From: Syntrophales bacterium
GTDB taxonomy: Bacteria > Desulfobacterota > Syntrophia > Syntrophales > UBA2192
NCBI GenBank assembly: GCA_035450185.1
Contig: DAOTMG010000010.1
Coordinates: forward strand, 2,216 to 66,215
DNA: 64,000 bases
Direction of reading: 5' to 3'
Below, piece by piece: positions 25,972-35,890 of this stretch (position 1 is its first letter; every line of letters begins with the position of its first letter). The notes under the pieces were generated by a model, which worked only from the letters and a program-made list of their open reading frames with translations, did no database searches and was not told the origin of the DNA. The translations under genes and the position numbers were made by a program.

Positions 25972-26730
25972 CTACAGGTAGGTCCGTCCTCCGGCGTAGC
26001 ACCTGGCGAAATAGCTGCGGGAGACGGAGTCGACCGAGACTTTCTTGCCCCGGCCGGGCGCATGGATGAAGCGTCCATTGCCGACGTAGATGCCGACGTG
26101 TGAGACCTTCCCGTCGCGGCCGGTGCTGAAAAACACGAGATCCCCCCGGGCGAGATCGTTTCGCCCCACCGGTTCCCCGAGACGGTACTGTTCCTTCGAG
26201 GAGCGGGGAAGATCGAGACCGTTCAGCTGATACACGGCCATGGTGAGGCCGCTGCAGTCGAATCCCTCATCGGGTGAATCGCCGCCGTAATGGTAGGGGA
26301 CGCCGATGAAACTCTCGGCGGTCCGCACGATCTCATCCCGCAGATAAGCCTCTCCGCGGGCATCTCTCCTGGCCGCCGCGTACTCCCCGGGGTTGACGAT
26401 GAAATATTCATTGATCACGCCGGCCGACCGGAGACGACCGGCTTCCGTCCGCGCGGCCTTCTCTGTGGAAAAATCGCCGAAGCGGACTTTGTAGAGCCCC
26501 GTCCGGTAGACGAAATAGTAGGCGTTCAGCCCCTCCCGCCGCAGGGAGTCCGTGAGTCGCGCTGCGTTTTCGACCTGTGCGAAGGCACCCACCTGGATGG
26601 TGTAACCGAGCTTTGCAAGCCGGGTCTTCTTCGCCGGACGTCCCGTCTCCACGGGCTTGGCCGTTTTGCCCCCGCATGCCGAAAGAAAGAAAAAAACGAG
26701 AAGGAGGCCGACCGTCTTCCAGGGTCTCAT
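25972..26730 (-). CDS. lipoprotein with SPOR domain and NlpC/P60 (C40) peptidase domain
   Basis: Lipobox FFLSAC|G after ATG 26730. SPOR-like YTIQVGAFAQVENAARLTDSLRREG...YKVRFGDF. NlpC/P60 catalytic core GFDCSGLTMAVY...HVGIYVGNGRFIHAP. Confidence 0.85.
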   Translation of the reverse strand: MRPWKTVGLLLVFFFLSACGGKTAKPVETGRPAKKTRLAKLGYTIQVGAFAQVENAARLTDSLRREGLNAYYFVYRTGLYKVRFGDFSTEKAARTEAGRLRSAGVINEYFIVNPGEYAAARRDARGEAYLRDEIVRTAESFIGVPYHYGGDSPDEGFDCSGLTMAVYQLNGLDLPRSSKEQYRLGEPVGRNDLARGDLVFFSTGRDGKVSHVGIYVGNGRFIHAPGRGKKVSVDSVSRSYFARCYAGGRTYL

Positions 26731-27005
26731 CGTCTTGCAGGTCGGACCAGGCTTCCACACCACCGGAACGGACACTCCTTTGCGGTCGGATGAAAAAGAT
26801 TGTTTCACTGCCCCGGGCCCGCTATGGGAAGAAGAAAAAACGGCCCGTTCACAAATACCAGAATTCCCCCGTTGAGGCAACCCGACAAGGTCCTTGCCTT
26901 TTGCCCTGTTCCTTTATAGTCTGTCCCCCACAGCAGGGGAAAAACCGAAATCCGGCCGCGGAGTGCCCTGATTCGTCCCTCCTCTCCCGGAGAAAGAGGT
27001 CACCC

Positions 27006-29735
27006 ATGAACCGTTTCAGAATCCCGAAACCCGGAATCAGGAATATCCGGGGGTTGAGTCTTTTCGTCCTTCTCTTCGGTCTGCTCGTCGTTTTCCGGCA
27101 GGCCGTGGGCTTCATCGCGGACTGGTTGTGGTTCAACGAAGTGGGTTATCAGAGTGTCTTCGTCACGACCTTAAAATCCCAGATGACGATGGCCGCCGTC
27201 TTCGGCCTGGCCTTCTTTGTGTTTCTCTACGCAAATCTCTTCATCGCTTTTCGTGTTACTTCCCGACTGCCCGAAGTCGAGGCGGAGCCGCTCGTGCAGG
27301 GTATCCCCCTGAACGGGAAAAACCCCGCTATCCAGACCACAATTCTTGCCTTCTGCCTTCTCTTCGGCGCTTTTGCGGCGCTCAACGCCACGGGCCAATG
27401 GGAGAATTATCTCCGGTTCTTCAACGCCGTCCCTTTCGGCGTCAAGGACCCCGTCTTCCAGAGGGATATCGGTTTCTACGTTTTCAAACTGCCTCTTTTG
27501 AACTATCTCTTCGGGTGGTTCCTGATCCTCGTGATCATCACGACGATCGCCACGGGTGTCGCCTACCTCAGCCGGAAGGCCTTCATCCTGATACCGCCTC
27601 GAACCTGGCGGGCCGTCCCGGCTGCCAGGGCTCACCTGACGATCCTGGTTGCCCTCCTCTTTTTCTGGGGCATTTTCGGATTCTGGCTGACGCTGAACGA
27701 GATCCTCTTCGCGAAACGGGGGGTCGTCTTCGGTCCCGGCTACACGGAGATCACGACCCAGCTCTGGGTCCTCAAGGCGCTCATGGGACTCTGTTTCCTG
27801 ACCGGGGCATCGATCATCGGGTCTCTTTTCCTGAGAGACGTCCGGATCCCCGCCCTGGCGATCATCCTCTTTCTGATCCTTTTTATCTTCGGCCGCGGGC
27901 TCTATCCGGCCTTTGTGCAACGATTCAAGGTCATCCCCAACGAGATCGTCCTGGAAAAACCCTACCTCGAGCGGAACATCCAGTACACGCGGATGGCCTA
28001 TCAGCTCGACTTGATCGAGGAGCGGGACTTCTTCGCCGATGAGAGTCTGAACCGCGAGGACCTGCGGCGGAACGATCTGACGATCAAGAATGTCCGCCTG
28101 TGGAACGACGCACCATTGCTTCAAACCTACGGCCAGCTCCAGGAGATCCGGACGTACTATAAGTTCGTCGAGGTGGACAATGACCGCTACATGATCAACG
28201 GAGAGTACCGCCAGGTCATGCTGTCGCCGAGGGAACTCTCCTATCAGGCCCTGCCGTCCAGGACCTGGGTGAACGAACACCTGACCTACACCCACGGCTA
28301 CGGCGTCGTCGTGGGTCCCGTGAACCGGGTCACCACGGAGGGGCTTCCGGAGTTTTTCATCAAGGATATCCCGCCGGTGTCGTCGGCCAACCTCCGGATC
28401 ACACGTCCCGAGATCTACTACGGCGAAACGTCGAACGATTACGTCTTCGTGCGAACGAAGGCGCCGGAGTTCGATTACCCCGTGGGCGACAAGAATGTCT
28501 ATTCGAAATATGAAGGGAAAGGCGGTGTTCCCCTGTCCTTCCTGCGGAAGCTTCTCTTCGCCGCCCGGTTCGGATCGGTAACCATCCTGCTCGCCAACGA
28601 GATCACCGATGAGAGCCGCATCATGTACTACCGCAAGGCCCGGGAGCGCGTGGCCCGGATCGCTCCCTTCGCGCACCTTGAGAGTGACCCCTATCTCGTT
28701 ATCTCCCCGGAGGGCCGGCTCCTGTGGTTTGTCGACGGGTACACCGTGACGAATCGATTCCCTTACTCGGAGCCCCTGCCGGGAGGGGGCAACTATCTGC
28801 GTAATTCCATCAAGGCGATCGTCGACGCCTACGACGGGTCCGTCGATATCTACATCAGCGACGCGACCGACCCGATCATCCAGACCTACGACCGGATCTT
28901 CCCGGGCGTCTTCAAGCCCCTGGAGGCCATCCCCGAGGGGGTCCGCGATCACATCCGCTATCCGGGAGGGATGCTCGGCGTCCAGGCTCACATGTTCAGG
29001 GCCTATCACATGGAGGATCCCCAGGTCTTCTACAACAAGGAAGACCTCTGGGCCATTCCGGGCAAACCGGGACGCGGCGGCGAGCAGGAGATGGACCCCT
29101 ACTACACGATCATGCGGCTCCCCGGGGAAAAGAAAGAGGAGTTCATCATGCTCGTGCCCTTCACGCCGAGCCGCAAGGACAACATGGCCGCGTGGATGGC
29201 CGCCCGCTGCGATATTCCCAACTACGGGAAGCTCATCGTCTACCAGTTCCCGAAACAGAGGCTGATCTATGGACCGCGCCAGATCGACGCCAGGATCGAC
29301 CAGGACGCGGAGATCTCCAAACAGCTCTCTCTCTGGAACCAGCGTGGCTCGTCGGCGATCCGGGGCAGCCTCCTCGCGATCCCCATCGAGAAATCGATCC
29401 TTTACATTCAGCCCCTTTACCTCTCCGCGGAAAAGGGGCAGTTGCCGGAGCTCAAGCGGGTCATCGTTGCTTTCGGGAATTCAATTGCCATGGAGGAGAC
29501 ACTTGAGCTTTCGTTGCAGCGCATCTTCGGGGGCGAGCTGATCCGTGACAAGGGGGCAAGACCCGCCGCCGCAGCGCCTGTCGCGCGGCAAAAGGCGGAC
29601 CGGGAACTTGCCCTGGAGGCCCTGCAGCACTACCGCAGGGCGCAGGAACACATGAAACAGGGCAACTGGGCCGCCTACGGCGAGGAGCTGCGGAAGATGG
29701 ACGAGGCCCTTCGTTCCGTGGAGCGAAGGAAGTAG
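27006..29735 (+). CDS. UPF0182 family large membrane protein
   Basis: 909 aa from ATG 27006 (RBS AGAGG). The N-terminus FIADWLWFNEVGYQSVF and C-terminal blocks (YYTIMRLPGE, AWMAARCD, YGPRQIDARIDQD, LYLSAEKGQLPELKRVIV) are characteristic of UPF0182. There are approx 7 N-terminal TM helices. Confidence 0.85.
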   Translation: MNRFRIPKPGIRNIRGLSLFVLLFGLLVVFRQAVGFIADWLWFNEVGYQSVFVTTLKSQMTMAAVFGLAFFVFLYANLFIAFRVTSRLPEVEAEPLVQGIPLNGKNPAIQTTILAFCLLFGAFAALNATGQWENYLRFFNAVPFGVKDPVFQRDIGFYVFKLPLLNYLFGWFLILVIITTIATGVAYLSRKAFILIPPRTWRAVPAARAHLTILVALLFFWGIFGFWLTLNEILFAKRGVVFGPGYTEITTQLWVLKALMGLCFLTGASIIGSLFLRDVRIPALAIILFLILFIFGRGLYPAFVQRFKVIPNEIVLEKPYLERNIQYTRMAYQLDLIEERDFFADESLNREDLRRNDLTIKNVRLWNDAPLLQTYGQLQEIRTYYKFVEVDNDRYMINGEYRQVMLSPRELSYQALPSRTWVNEHLTYTHGYGVVVGPVNRVTTEGLPEFFIKDIPPVSSANLRITRPEIYYGETSNDYVFVRTKAPEFDYPVGDKNVYSKYEGKGGVPLSFLRKLLFAARFGSVTILLANEITDESRIMYYRKARERVARIAPFAHLESDPYLVISPEGRLLWFVDGYTVTNRFPYSEPLPGGGNYLRNSIKAIVDAYDGSVDIYISDATDPIIQTYDRIFPGVFKPLEAIPEGVRDHIRYPGGMLGVQAHMFRAYHMEDPQVFYNKEDLWAIPGKPGRGGEQEMDPYYTIMRLPGEKKEEFIMLVPFTPSRKDNMAAWMAARCDIPNYGKLIVYQFPKQRLIYGPRQIDARIDQDAEISKQLSLWNQRGSSAIRGSLLAIPIEKSILYIQPLYLSAEKGQLPELKRVIVAFGNSIAMEETLELSLQRIFGGELIRDKGARPAAAAPVARQKADRELALEALQHYRRAQEHMKQGNWAAYGEELRKMDEALRSVERRK

Positions 29736-29742
29736 CAGTCTT

Positions 29743-30930
29743 TTATGCGGGGCCGGGCCCCGGATCTTTCGGGCGCCTGTGGCTCCCCTCGTAGAGTTCA
29801 TACTCGAGGAGGCGGCACTCGATGGGACCGTTGTAAAAGGGCATCCGGCGGGATGTCCGGAGTCCCACCTTCTTGGCAAGGCCGAGGTTCCCGGTAAAGA
29901 TGCAACCACGATATCCCCGGCACCGGTTTTTGAAGAAATCCCCGACGGCCCCGTAAACACTTTCGAGGGCGTTGATCTCACCCATCCGCTCGCCGTATTC
30001 CGGGTTCAGGATGACAACCCCGCCGCCTCCGGGGACGGGGGTCTGCCGGAAATCGCAGACGCGAAAATCGATGAGATGATCCACGCCGGCCGTCCGTGCA
30101 TTCTGCCTGGCCGCCTCGACGGCCTCGGGCCGGATGTCCGTGGCGATAATCCGGCCTTTCAGCGTCTTTTCGGCCGATGTTTTCAGTCTGCGCCGGGTCT
30201 TGCCGTAGTCACCCTCGTCGAATCCCCTGATGTGCATGAAGCCGAAGTTCCCCCGCTGAAGCCCCGGCGCCCGACGAAGGGCGATGAGGACCCCCTCGAT
30301 GGCGAGGGTACCGCTCCCGCACATGGGATTGACGAGATTCCCTTCCCCTCTCCAGCGGGCCGTCAAAAGAACGGCGGCGGCAAGGGTTTCCTGCATGGGA
30401 GCTTCCAGCGGTATCTTGCGGTAGCCCCTCCGGGATAGGGGCTCCCCGGAAGTGTCGAGATAGAGCCGGGCACGCTCACCCGCCCAGTGGAGGTGGACGA
30501 CGGCGGCATGCCGGTCCGGACCGGAGTCGGGTCTTCGCCCCTTGCGTTCCCGTATGCGGTCCACGATGGCGTCCTTCGTCTTCACGGCGGCAAAGCGCGA
30601 GTCGCTGACGGCCGTTGTGTCCCCGGTGACCGTGACGGAGAGGTAACCGTCGTCGTCGATGATATCCTCCCAGGCTGTTTCGGAGACCGCGCGGTAGAGG
30701 TCCCGGGCGTTTCCGGCCGGGAAAGCTTTCAGGAAGTAAAGGACGCGCTGCCCCGTGCGAATCGAGAGATTGAGCGGGATCGTGTCGGAAAGGGTGCCTT
30801 CCGTTTCGACGACGGCATCCCCCTCGGACAGGACCGGGAAGGAGAGGTCCCGGAGCTCCCCTGCGAGCACGGGCGCGACCCCGCGGGCGCAGGTGATCAG
30901 GATGGACCTTCTCTCGGACCAAAGAGGCAT
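29743..30930 (-). CDS. THUMP-domain class I SAM-dependent RNA methyltransferase (RlmL/COG0116-like)
   Basis: N-terminal ferredoxin-like/THUMP region, then the methylase core NPMCGSGTLAIEG ... VILNPEYGERMG (NPPY-like DPPY/NPEY motif). Confidence 0.8.
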   Translation of the reverse strand: MPLWSERRSILITCARGVAPVLAGELRDLSFPVLSEGDAVVETEGTLSDTIPLNLSIRTGQRVLYFLKAFPAGNARDLYRAVSETAWEDIIDDDGYLSVTVTGDTTAVSDSRFAAVKTKDAIVDRIRERKGRRPDSGPDRHAAVVHLHWAGERARLYLDTSGEPLSRRGYRKIPLEAPMQETLAAAVLLTARWRGEGNLVNPMCGSGTLAIEGVLIALRRAPGLQRGNFGFMHIRGFDEGDYGKTRRRLKTSAEKTLKGRIIATDIRPEAVEAARQNARTAGVDHLIDFRVCDFRQTPVPGGGGVVILNPEYGERMGEINALESVYGAVGDFFKNRCRGYRGCIFTGNLGLAKKVGLRTSRRMPFYNGPIECRLLEYELYEGSHRRPKDPGPGPA

Positions 30931-31080
30931 CTTCGTACTCTCCCAAAGCGAGGCGGAAGGTTTTATAAATCACAGACAAAGGGTCAAGTAAAGAGGATTC
31001 GGCCACACGAGAAACCCCTTGCGAAATGAAAAACTTGTGATAAAGAAGGAACTTCGGTTATTGCCCAACAGGAGACATGT

Positions 31081-32010
31081 ATGATCGACGAGAAGCACCT
31101 GGACAACATCCGACTCTCTTCCGCACCCATCGGGCAGAGAATCATGGCATACCTTGTTCTGGGTCCCAACTATCACATTTTCCAGCACGTTGAAATCCGT
31201 CTCGAGAACGTGGAGAGGATCCCCCCCAATGAGACGGTCATCTTTGCCATGAACCACACCGACCGTTACAATTACTGGCCCTTCCAGTACCAGCTCTGGA
31301 GGCTGCGTTTTCCCTACACGACGGTCTGGGCCAAGGGAAAGTACTATCGGAACAGGGCCGTCGGGAAGTTTCTGGACGCCTGCAACGTCATTCCCGTGCC
31401 CTCCATGGGATATCTGGTGGAGGAGTTCTACAAGCGGCGTTTCAGCCGGAAGATCGGGAAGGAAGAATACCGGGTTATCAAGGACTGGATCGACGGGAAA
31501 ATCGACGAAGCCGCATCGCTGATGAAACTGAAAGCGGAGACGCTGACCCTCTTCAAGCAGAGCTTCATCGAGCACCTCAAGGACTATCACCAGACGCTTA
31601 TGGAGAAAGTGGCCGAACTGAGCACGAAAGCGGTCAAGGAGTGGAACCTGAATCTCATCATTTTCCCCGAGGGGACTCGCTCGCTGAGGCTCGGCGTGGG
31701 AAGAACGGGGCTTGCCCAGATCGCCCTTTACTCGGGCAAGAAAATCATTCCCGTGGGGTGCAACAACTCCGACCTCGTGTACAAAGGCTCTCTCCCCTTC
31801 GCGAAAACAGGCGCCATCACATACCGTATCGGGGAGCCGATGTCCGTGGAGGGGGCGCTGAAGGAGTTTCGCATCACGGAACCCTTCAAACTCTTCTCCA
31901 GGGAGTCCCAGCAGAAATTTCAGGCCCAGTTCGAAGGGGTGACAAAGATCGTCATGGACCGCATCAACGAGTTGCTCGACGAGAGGCACAGGCGGCCTGA
32001 AAGCCGCTGA
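31081..32010 (+). CDS. lysophospholipid acyltransferase (PlsC/LPLAT family)
   Basis: HX4D motif NHTDRYN and the FPEGTRS block. Confidence 0.75.
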   Translation: MIDEKHLDNIRLSSAPIGQRIMAYLVLGPNYHIFQHVEIRLENVERIPPNETVIFAMNHTDRYNYWPFQYQLWRLRFPYTTVWAKGKYYRNRAVGKFLDACNVIPVPSMGYLVEEFYKRRFSRKIGKEEYRVIKDWIDGKIDEAASLMKLKAETLTLFKQSFIEHLKDYHQTLMEKVAELSTKAVKEWNLNLIIFPEGTRSLRLGVGRTGLAQIALYSGKKIIPVGCNNSDLVYKGSLPFAKTGAITYRIGEPMSVEGALKEFRITEPFKLFSRESQQKFQAQFEGVTKIVMDRINELLDERHRRPESR

Positions 32011-32014
32011 AAAC

Positions 32015-32105
32015 GAAAGACGTTGAGCGGTTGAGTAGATGAGAACCCGGGATGAAACTTCTCGGCTCGTCTCACCTTCTTCATTTCCCGTCTTCCGTCC
32101 TTACC
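32015..32105. repeat. imperfect-palindromic intergenic repeat, family 2 copy (GTTGRGCGGT purine arm / CTCACCTTCTTC pyrimidine arm)
   Basis: GAAAGACGTTGAGCGGTTGAGTAGATGAG...CTCACCTTCTTCATTTCCCGTCTTCC. The arms are partially complementary (GAAAGACG/CGTCTTCC, ATGAGAA/TTCTTCAT). The 5' arm matches 34311-34327 in about 13 of 17 positions. Confidence 0.35.
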
Positions 32106-32144
32106 GGTCGCCTTGCATCCGGCCCTTTTTGACCGGCCTGCAGG

Positions 32145-33446
32145 TCAGCCCTCCTTTACTTTTTTCTTTCGTCCCATTTTCACCGCGCACAGATCCCCGC
32201 ACATCGTGCAGCCCTTTTCTCCGGCGCTTTCGCTCCTCTCGAGCCAGGCTCTCGAGCGGACCGGGTCGAGGGAGGCCTCGATCTGACCGTCCCAGTCAAA
32301 TGCCTTCCGGCAGCGGGCCATGCGGTGGTCCCGATCGATCGCACCGGGAATGCCCTTGGCGATGTCTGCGATGTGAGCGGCGATCTTCGAAGCGATCACC
32401 CCTTCCCGGACGTCGTCGAGGGTGGGAAGACGCAGGTGCTCCGACGGGGTGACGTAACAGAGGAAGTCGGCGCCGGCCCATCCGGCGATGGCCCCGCCGA
32501 TGGCCGCCGTGATGTGGTCGTAGCCGGGGGCGACGTCCGTGGGGAGGGGCCCCAGGACATAGAAGGGCGCCCCGTTGCAGAGGCTCTTCTCCATGAGGAC
32601 GTTGGCCTTGATCTCCTGGATCGGCACATGGCCGGGGCCTTCGATCATGACCTGGACGCCCTGTTCCCTCGCCCGGCGGGTCAGCTCCCCCAGGAGAATG
32701 AGTTCCTGCACCTGGCCCCGGTCCGTGGCGTCGGCAAGGCATCCCGGCCGAAGCCCGTCGCCGAGACTCAGCACCATGTCGTATTTCTTCGCAATCGCAA
32801 GGAGCCTATCGTACTCCTCGTAGAGCGGGTTTTCCCTGTTGTTGAAATCCATCCAGTGAGCGAGAATGGATCCCCCCCGGCTCACGATCCCCAGCAGCCT
32901 TCCCTGCTGTTCGATCCGGGTGACGCTCTGCCCTGTAACCCCGCAGTGGACGGTGATGAAATCCACGCCATCCCCGCCGTTTTCCTCGATCGCCCGGAAG
33001 AGATCGTCCGCCGTCATCTCCACAATCGCCTTGCCCGCCTTCACGGCCGCCACGGCGGCCTGGTAGATGGGCACGGTCCCCACGGGGACGGTCGATGCGC
33101 CGATGACGGCGCGCCGGATCGCCCCGAGATCGCCGCCCGTGGAGAGGTCCATGACCGTATCCGTCCCCGCGGCAATGGAGACGCGGACTTTTTCGAGCTC
33201 CAGAGCCGTATCTGTCCTGTCCTTCGATGTCCCGATGTTGGTGTTGATCTTCGTCCGGAGGCCTTTGCCGATCGCGAGGGGGGGAATCTTTCCATGCCGG
33301 TTGTTGCGGATGACGACGATGGTGCCGTCTTCGACGCCCTTCCGGATGAACCCGGGCTCGACACCCTCACTCCGGGCGCAGGCGGCCATCTCCTCCGAGA
33401 CGATCCCCTTTCGCGCCGCTTCCAACTGTGTGCGGTTGCCTTTCAT
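32145..33446 (-). CDS. thiC: phosphomethylpyrimidine synthase ThiC
   Basis: 433 aa, full-length match to the ThiC pattern (TKINTNIGTS, DTVMDLSTGG, VTIHCGV, GIVSRGGS, C-terminal CTMCGDLCA Fe-S cluster motif). Confidence 0.95.
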   Translation of the reverse strand: MKGNRTQLEAARKGIVSEEMAACARSEGVEPGFIRKGVEDGTIVVIRNNRHGKIPPLAIGKGLRTKINTNIGTSKDRTDTALELEKVRVSIAAGTDTVMDLSTGGDLGAIRRAVIGASTVPVGTVPIYQAAVAAVKAGKAIVEMTADDLFRAIEENGGDGVDFITVHCGVTGQSVTRIEQQGRLLGIVSRGGSILAHWMDFNNRENPLYEEYDRLLAIAKKYDMVLSLGDGLRPGCLADATDRGQVQELILLGELTRRAREQGVQVMIEGPGHVPIQEIKANVLMEKSLCNGAPFYVLGPLPTDVAPGYDHITAAIGGAIAGWAGADFLCYVTPSEHLRLPTLDDVREGVIASKIAAHIADIAKGIPGAIDRDHRMARCRKAFDWDGQIEASLDPVRSRAWLERSESAGEKGCTMCGDLCAVKMGRKKKVKEG

Positions 33447-33460
33447 GATGGATTTCCGTT

Positions 33461-34234
33461 TCAGCCCCCGGCCAGGATTTGTTCAGCCGCTTTGCGACCC
33501 GACAGGAGCATTCCGCCGAAGATGGGCCCCATGCGCGGCCCCCCGAAGGCGGCGTTGGCCGACATGCCGGCCACGTAGACGCCGGGGCAGATTTCCCGGG
33601 TGTTGTCGATCGTCAATCGTTCGGCCTTTTCCGACCACATGGAGCGCTCCCCCAAGAGCTTGCCCGTCGACGTGTTGAGCGTCACGTCGGCCTTGCGCTC
33701 GATGACGCGCAGTACCTCCGTGTCGTGCCCCGTGGCGTCGATGACGGCCTTCGCGTGGATCGTCAGCGGGTCGACGTGAAGCCCCGCCATCTCCACGGGC
33801 GACCAGGTGATGACGAGCCCCATGACGCGGTTGTCGCGGATCACCACGTCCTCGACGGTGATGCAGTTGAAGACCTTCGCGCCGGCCTGGATGGCCCGGG
33901 AGCAGATCGTCGTGACCGCCTCGATGGCATCGGCGGTGAAATAGCCGGGCTCGTATTCCTCCGTCCGTACCCCGAAGTGATCGAGGATCCCCTTGGCCTC
34001 GGCCTGGACGACGATCTCGTTGAACATCATCCCGCCGCCCCACATGCCGCCGCCGATGCTGAGCTTTCTTTCGTAGAGGGCGACCTTCTTCCCCGCCTTC
34101 GCCAGGAAGTAGGCCGCGACGAGACCCGCGGGTCCACCGCCGACGACGGCCACATCGACGTCGAGGTGCGTCAGCATTTTCTTTATGTATGTCTCGACGA
34201 TAGCCCGGGTGATGGTGACTTCGTTGAGCGGCAT
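33461..34234 (-). CDS. thi4: Thi4-type thiazole synthase (sulfide-dependent ADP-thiazole synthase family)
   Basis: [46 protein letters not shown] is the typical archaeal/eukaryotic-type Thi4 FAD/NAD-fold N-terminus. Confidence 0.85.
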   Translation of the reverse strand: MPLNEVTITRAIVETYIKKMLTHLDVDVAVVGGGPAGLVAAYFLAKAGKKVALYERKLSIGGGMWGGGMMFNEIVVQAEAKGILDHFGVRTEEYEPGYFTADAIEAVTTICSRAIQAGAKVFNCITVEDVVIRDNRVMGLVITWSPVEMAGLHVDPLTIHAKAVIDATGHDTEVLRVIERKADVTLNTSTGKLLGERSMWSEKAERLTIDNTREICPGVYVAGMSANAAFGGPRMGPIFGGMLLSGRKAAEQILAGG

Positions 34235-34307
34235 ATTTCAAGCCCTCCTTCCTCCAGCCAATCCCAGATCAGCTTCGCGTTTACACCGGCATGAGCCGGC
34301 AGTTTAT

Positions 34308-34390
34308 GAAGTTGGGCGGTGAGGAAGCTCGAATCGGTACTTACATCTCTTTTTTTGTCTTTTCCGCTCTTCCTACCTTCTGCTCTTCCC
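34308..34390. repeat. imperfect-palindromic intergenic repeat, family 2 copy
   Basis: GAAGTTGGGCGGTGAGGAAGC...TTTCCGCTCTTCCTACCTTCTGCTCTTCCC. The core GGTGAGGAAGC pairs with GCTCTTCCTACC. It shares GAAGAGCAGAAG and AGCGGA..AAAAG (reverse strand) with the 47193-47261 element. Confidence 0.35.
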
Positions 34391-34397
34391 AGCTTCG

Positions 34398-35744
34398 TTA
34401 TTTACGCAGCGCCTTCGACACCCTGAGCACCTTTTCCGCCACTTCGGCGGGGTTTCTCCCGAGGACGCGGATCATGGGTTCCTTGCCGATGTCTCCGCGG
34501 TCGAAGACGGCGTCCGGAACACCATTGAATCGTTTCAGGGCGTGAACGGTCCCCCATTCCAGTGAAGAACCCTCTCTGGCCTTCACATCGGGGGGTTCAT
34601 CCGCCCTGTCGAAGCTCGCCATCCGGTACCCGAGTGTCCGGAGCGCATCCAGAACCTCCTCGGAAAAACAGATATTCATGGCCGACCGATAGTCGACGTC
34701 GAAGCTCATGACCGCAAGGATGACCTTCGCGATGTGGCGTGAGGCCCCGAAAGCCGGGTCGTGAAGGGCCTCGGCCTGTTCCCCCACGCGAACGATGCGG
34801 CCGGGAACGGCGGCCACATCGGCGTCGGAAACGGCAAAGGGGAGGGCGTAACCGAAATTGGACTGGACTTCGGGAATGATATTGCCCACCCTTTCCTTGC
34901 GGAGTTTCCCGATGGCATTCTTCAGTTCCTCGATGCAACTGTACCGTTCGCACTGCCGGATGAGCGGCGCGTAATGGTTCGTCGGCCCCTGGCCGCCTCC
35001 GATGGCGAAGCCGTGGCGGATCGTCTCCGTCACATAGATTTTCGCCCTCGTCACGGCTTCCTGCACGGACCTTCCTTTCGCGAGTTCCGTTGCAATGGCC
35101 GAGGCAAAGGTGCAGCCCGTCCCGTGGGTGTGCCTTGTATCAATGCGCGGAGACGAAAGGGGATGAAATGTCTTGCCGTCGTACAGCAGGTCCAGGGCAT
35201 CGCCCGCAAGGTGCCCCCCCTTGACCACCACGTGCCGTACGCCGAGTTTGTGGATGGCCGCTGCGGCGTTTCTCATATCGTCGACGTTGGATATGCCCAT
35301 CCCCGTCAGCACCTGCGCCTCGGGGATGTTGGGTGTAACCACGAGGGCAAGCGGGAGGAGTTCCTTGATCAGTGTCTCCCTTGCGTCGTCCCGCAGGAGT
35401 TTTCCGCCGCCCTTCGCCACCATGACGGGGTCGACAACGAGCTTTTCGATCCCGTACTGACGGATTTTTCTCGCCACCGTCCGGATGATGTCCGCCGATG
35501 AAATCATCCCCGTCTTCACCGCATCGACGCCGATGTCCGATACCACGGAATCGAACTGTTTCTCGATGAAATCGACGGGAATCTCGTACACCCCCTGCAC
35601 ACCCAGCGTATTCTGCGCCGTGAGGGCCGTAATTACCGTCATGCCGAAACCCCCGAGGGCCGAAATGGTCTTGAGGTCGGCCTGGATACCCGCACCGCCT
35701 CCCGAGTCGGATCCCGCCACAGTCAATACTCTTATCGCTTTCAT
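34398..35744 (-). CDS. thiD: bifunctional ThiD (HMP/HMP-P kinase) fused to ThiN-type thiamine-phosphate synthase (ThiDN)
   Basis: ATG 35744 (RBS GGAGA) gives [26 protein letters not shown] (ThiD N-terminus), [13 protein letters not shown]. The C-terminal approx 180 aa match the ThiN pattern ([14 protein letters not shown]...VPGRIV...[15 protein letters not shown]). The tracked ORF start 35867 lies inside the riboswitch terminator region. Confidence 0.85.
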   Translation of the reverse strand: MKAIRVLTVAGSDSGGGAGIQADLKTISALGGFGMTVITALTAQNTLGVQGVYEIPVDFIEKQFDSVVSDIGVDAVKTGMISSADIIRTVARKIRQYGIEKLVVDPVMVAKGGGKLLRDDARETLIKELLPLALVVTPNIPEAQVLTGMGISNVDDMRNAAAAIHKLGVRHVVVKGGHLAGDALDLLYDGKTFHPLSSPRIDTRHTHGTGCTFASAIATELAKGRSVQEAVTRAKIYVTETIRHGFAIGGGQGPTNHYAPLIRQCERYSCIEELKNAIGKLRKERVGNIIPEVQSNFGYALPFAVSDADVAAVPGRIVRVGEQAEALHDPAFGASRHIAKVILAVMSFDVDYRSAMNICFSEEVLDALRTLGYRMASFDRADEPPDVKAREGSSLEWGTVHALKRFNGVPDAVFDRGDIGKEPMIRVLGRNPAEVAEKVLRVSKALRK

Positions 35745-35852
35745 TGCTTCATCTCCGTCACCTGGATTTTCCCCGGGGAAAAGAGGATCGAGGTCGTCTT
35801 CGATGAAATCAGCGACCGCTTGACGGCGAAGGTTGGAAAATTTGTGGACACC

Positions 35853-35890
35853 AAAAAAAAAAGGCACGGCCTGGCAATCCAGGATGTGCC
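35853..35890 (-). terminator. riboswitch expression-platform intrinsic terminator
   Basis: The minus strand reads GGCACAUCCUGGAUUGCCAGGCCGUGCC followed by U10. It sits between the TPP aptamer and thiDN ATG 35744. Confidence 0.75.

Noticed and set aside
32021-32027. GTTGAGC / GTTGGGC (34311-34317) resemble integron attC core sites (GTTRRRY) within palindromic elements.
   Set aside because: The polarity is wrong. attC reads 5' RYYYAAC...GTTRRRY 3' on both strands, whereas here GTTRRRY is at the 5' end. No integrase, attI or cassette-like promoterless ORF array is present.
34235-34307. A possible second TPP riboswitch between thiDN and thi4. The minus strand contains GAAGCUGAUCUGGGAUUGGCUGGAGGAAGGA, reminiscent of the ACCUGAUCUGGAUAAUGCCAGCGUAGGGA block.
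   Set aside because: The invariant CUGAGA element and the GGGGUGC P2 strand are absent, and the CUGG...CCAG P5 hairpin cannot form (it reads CUGG...CUGG). The AGGAGG part is simply the thi4 RBS.
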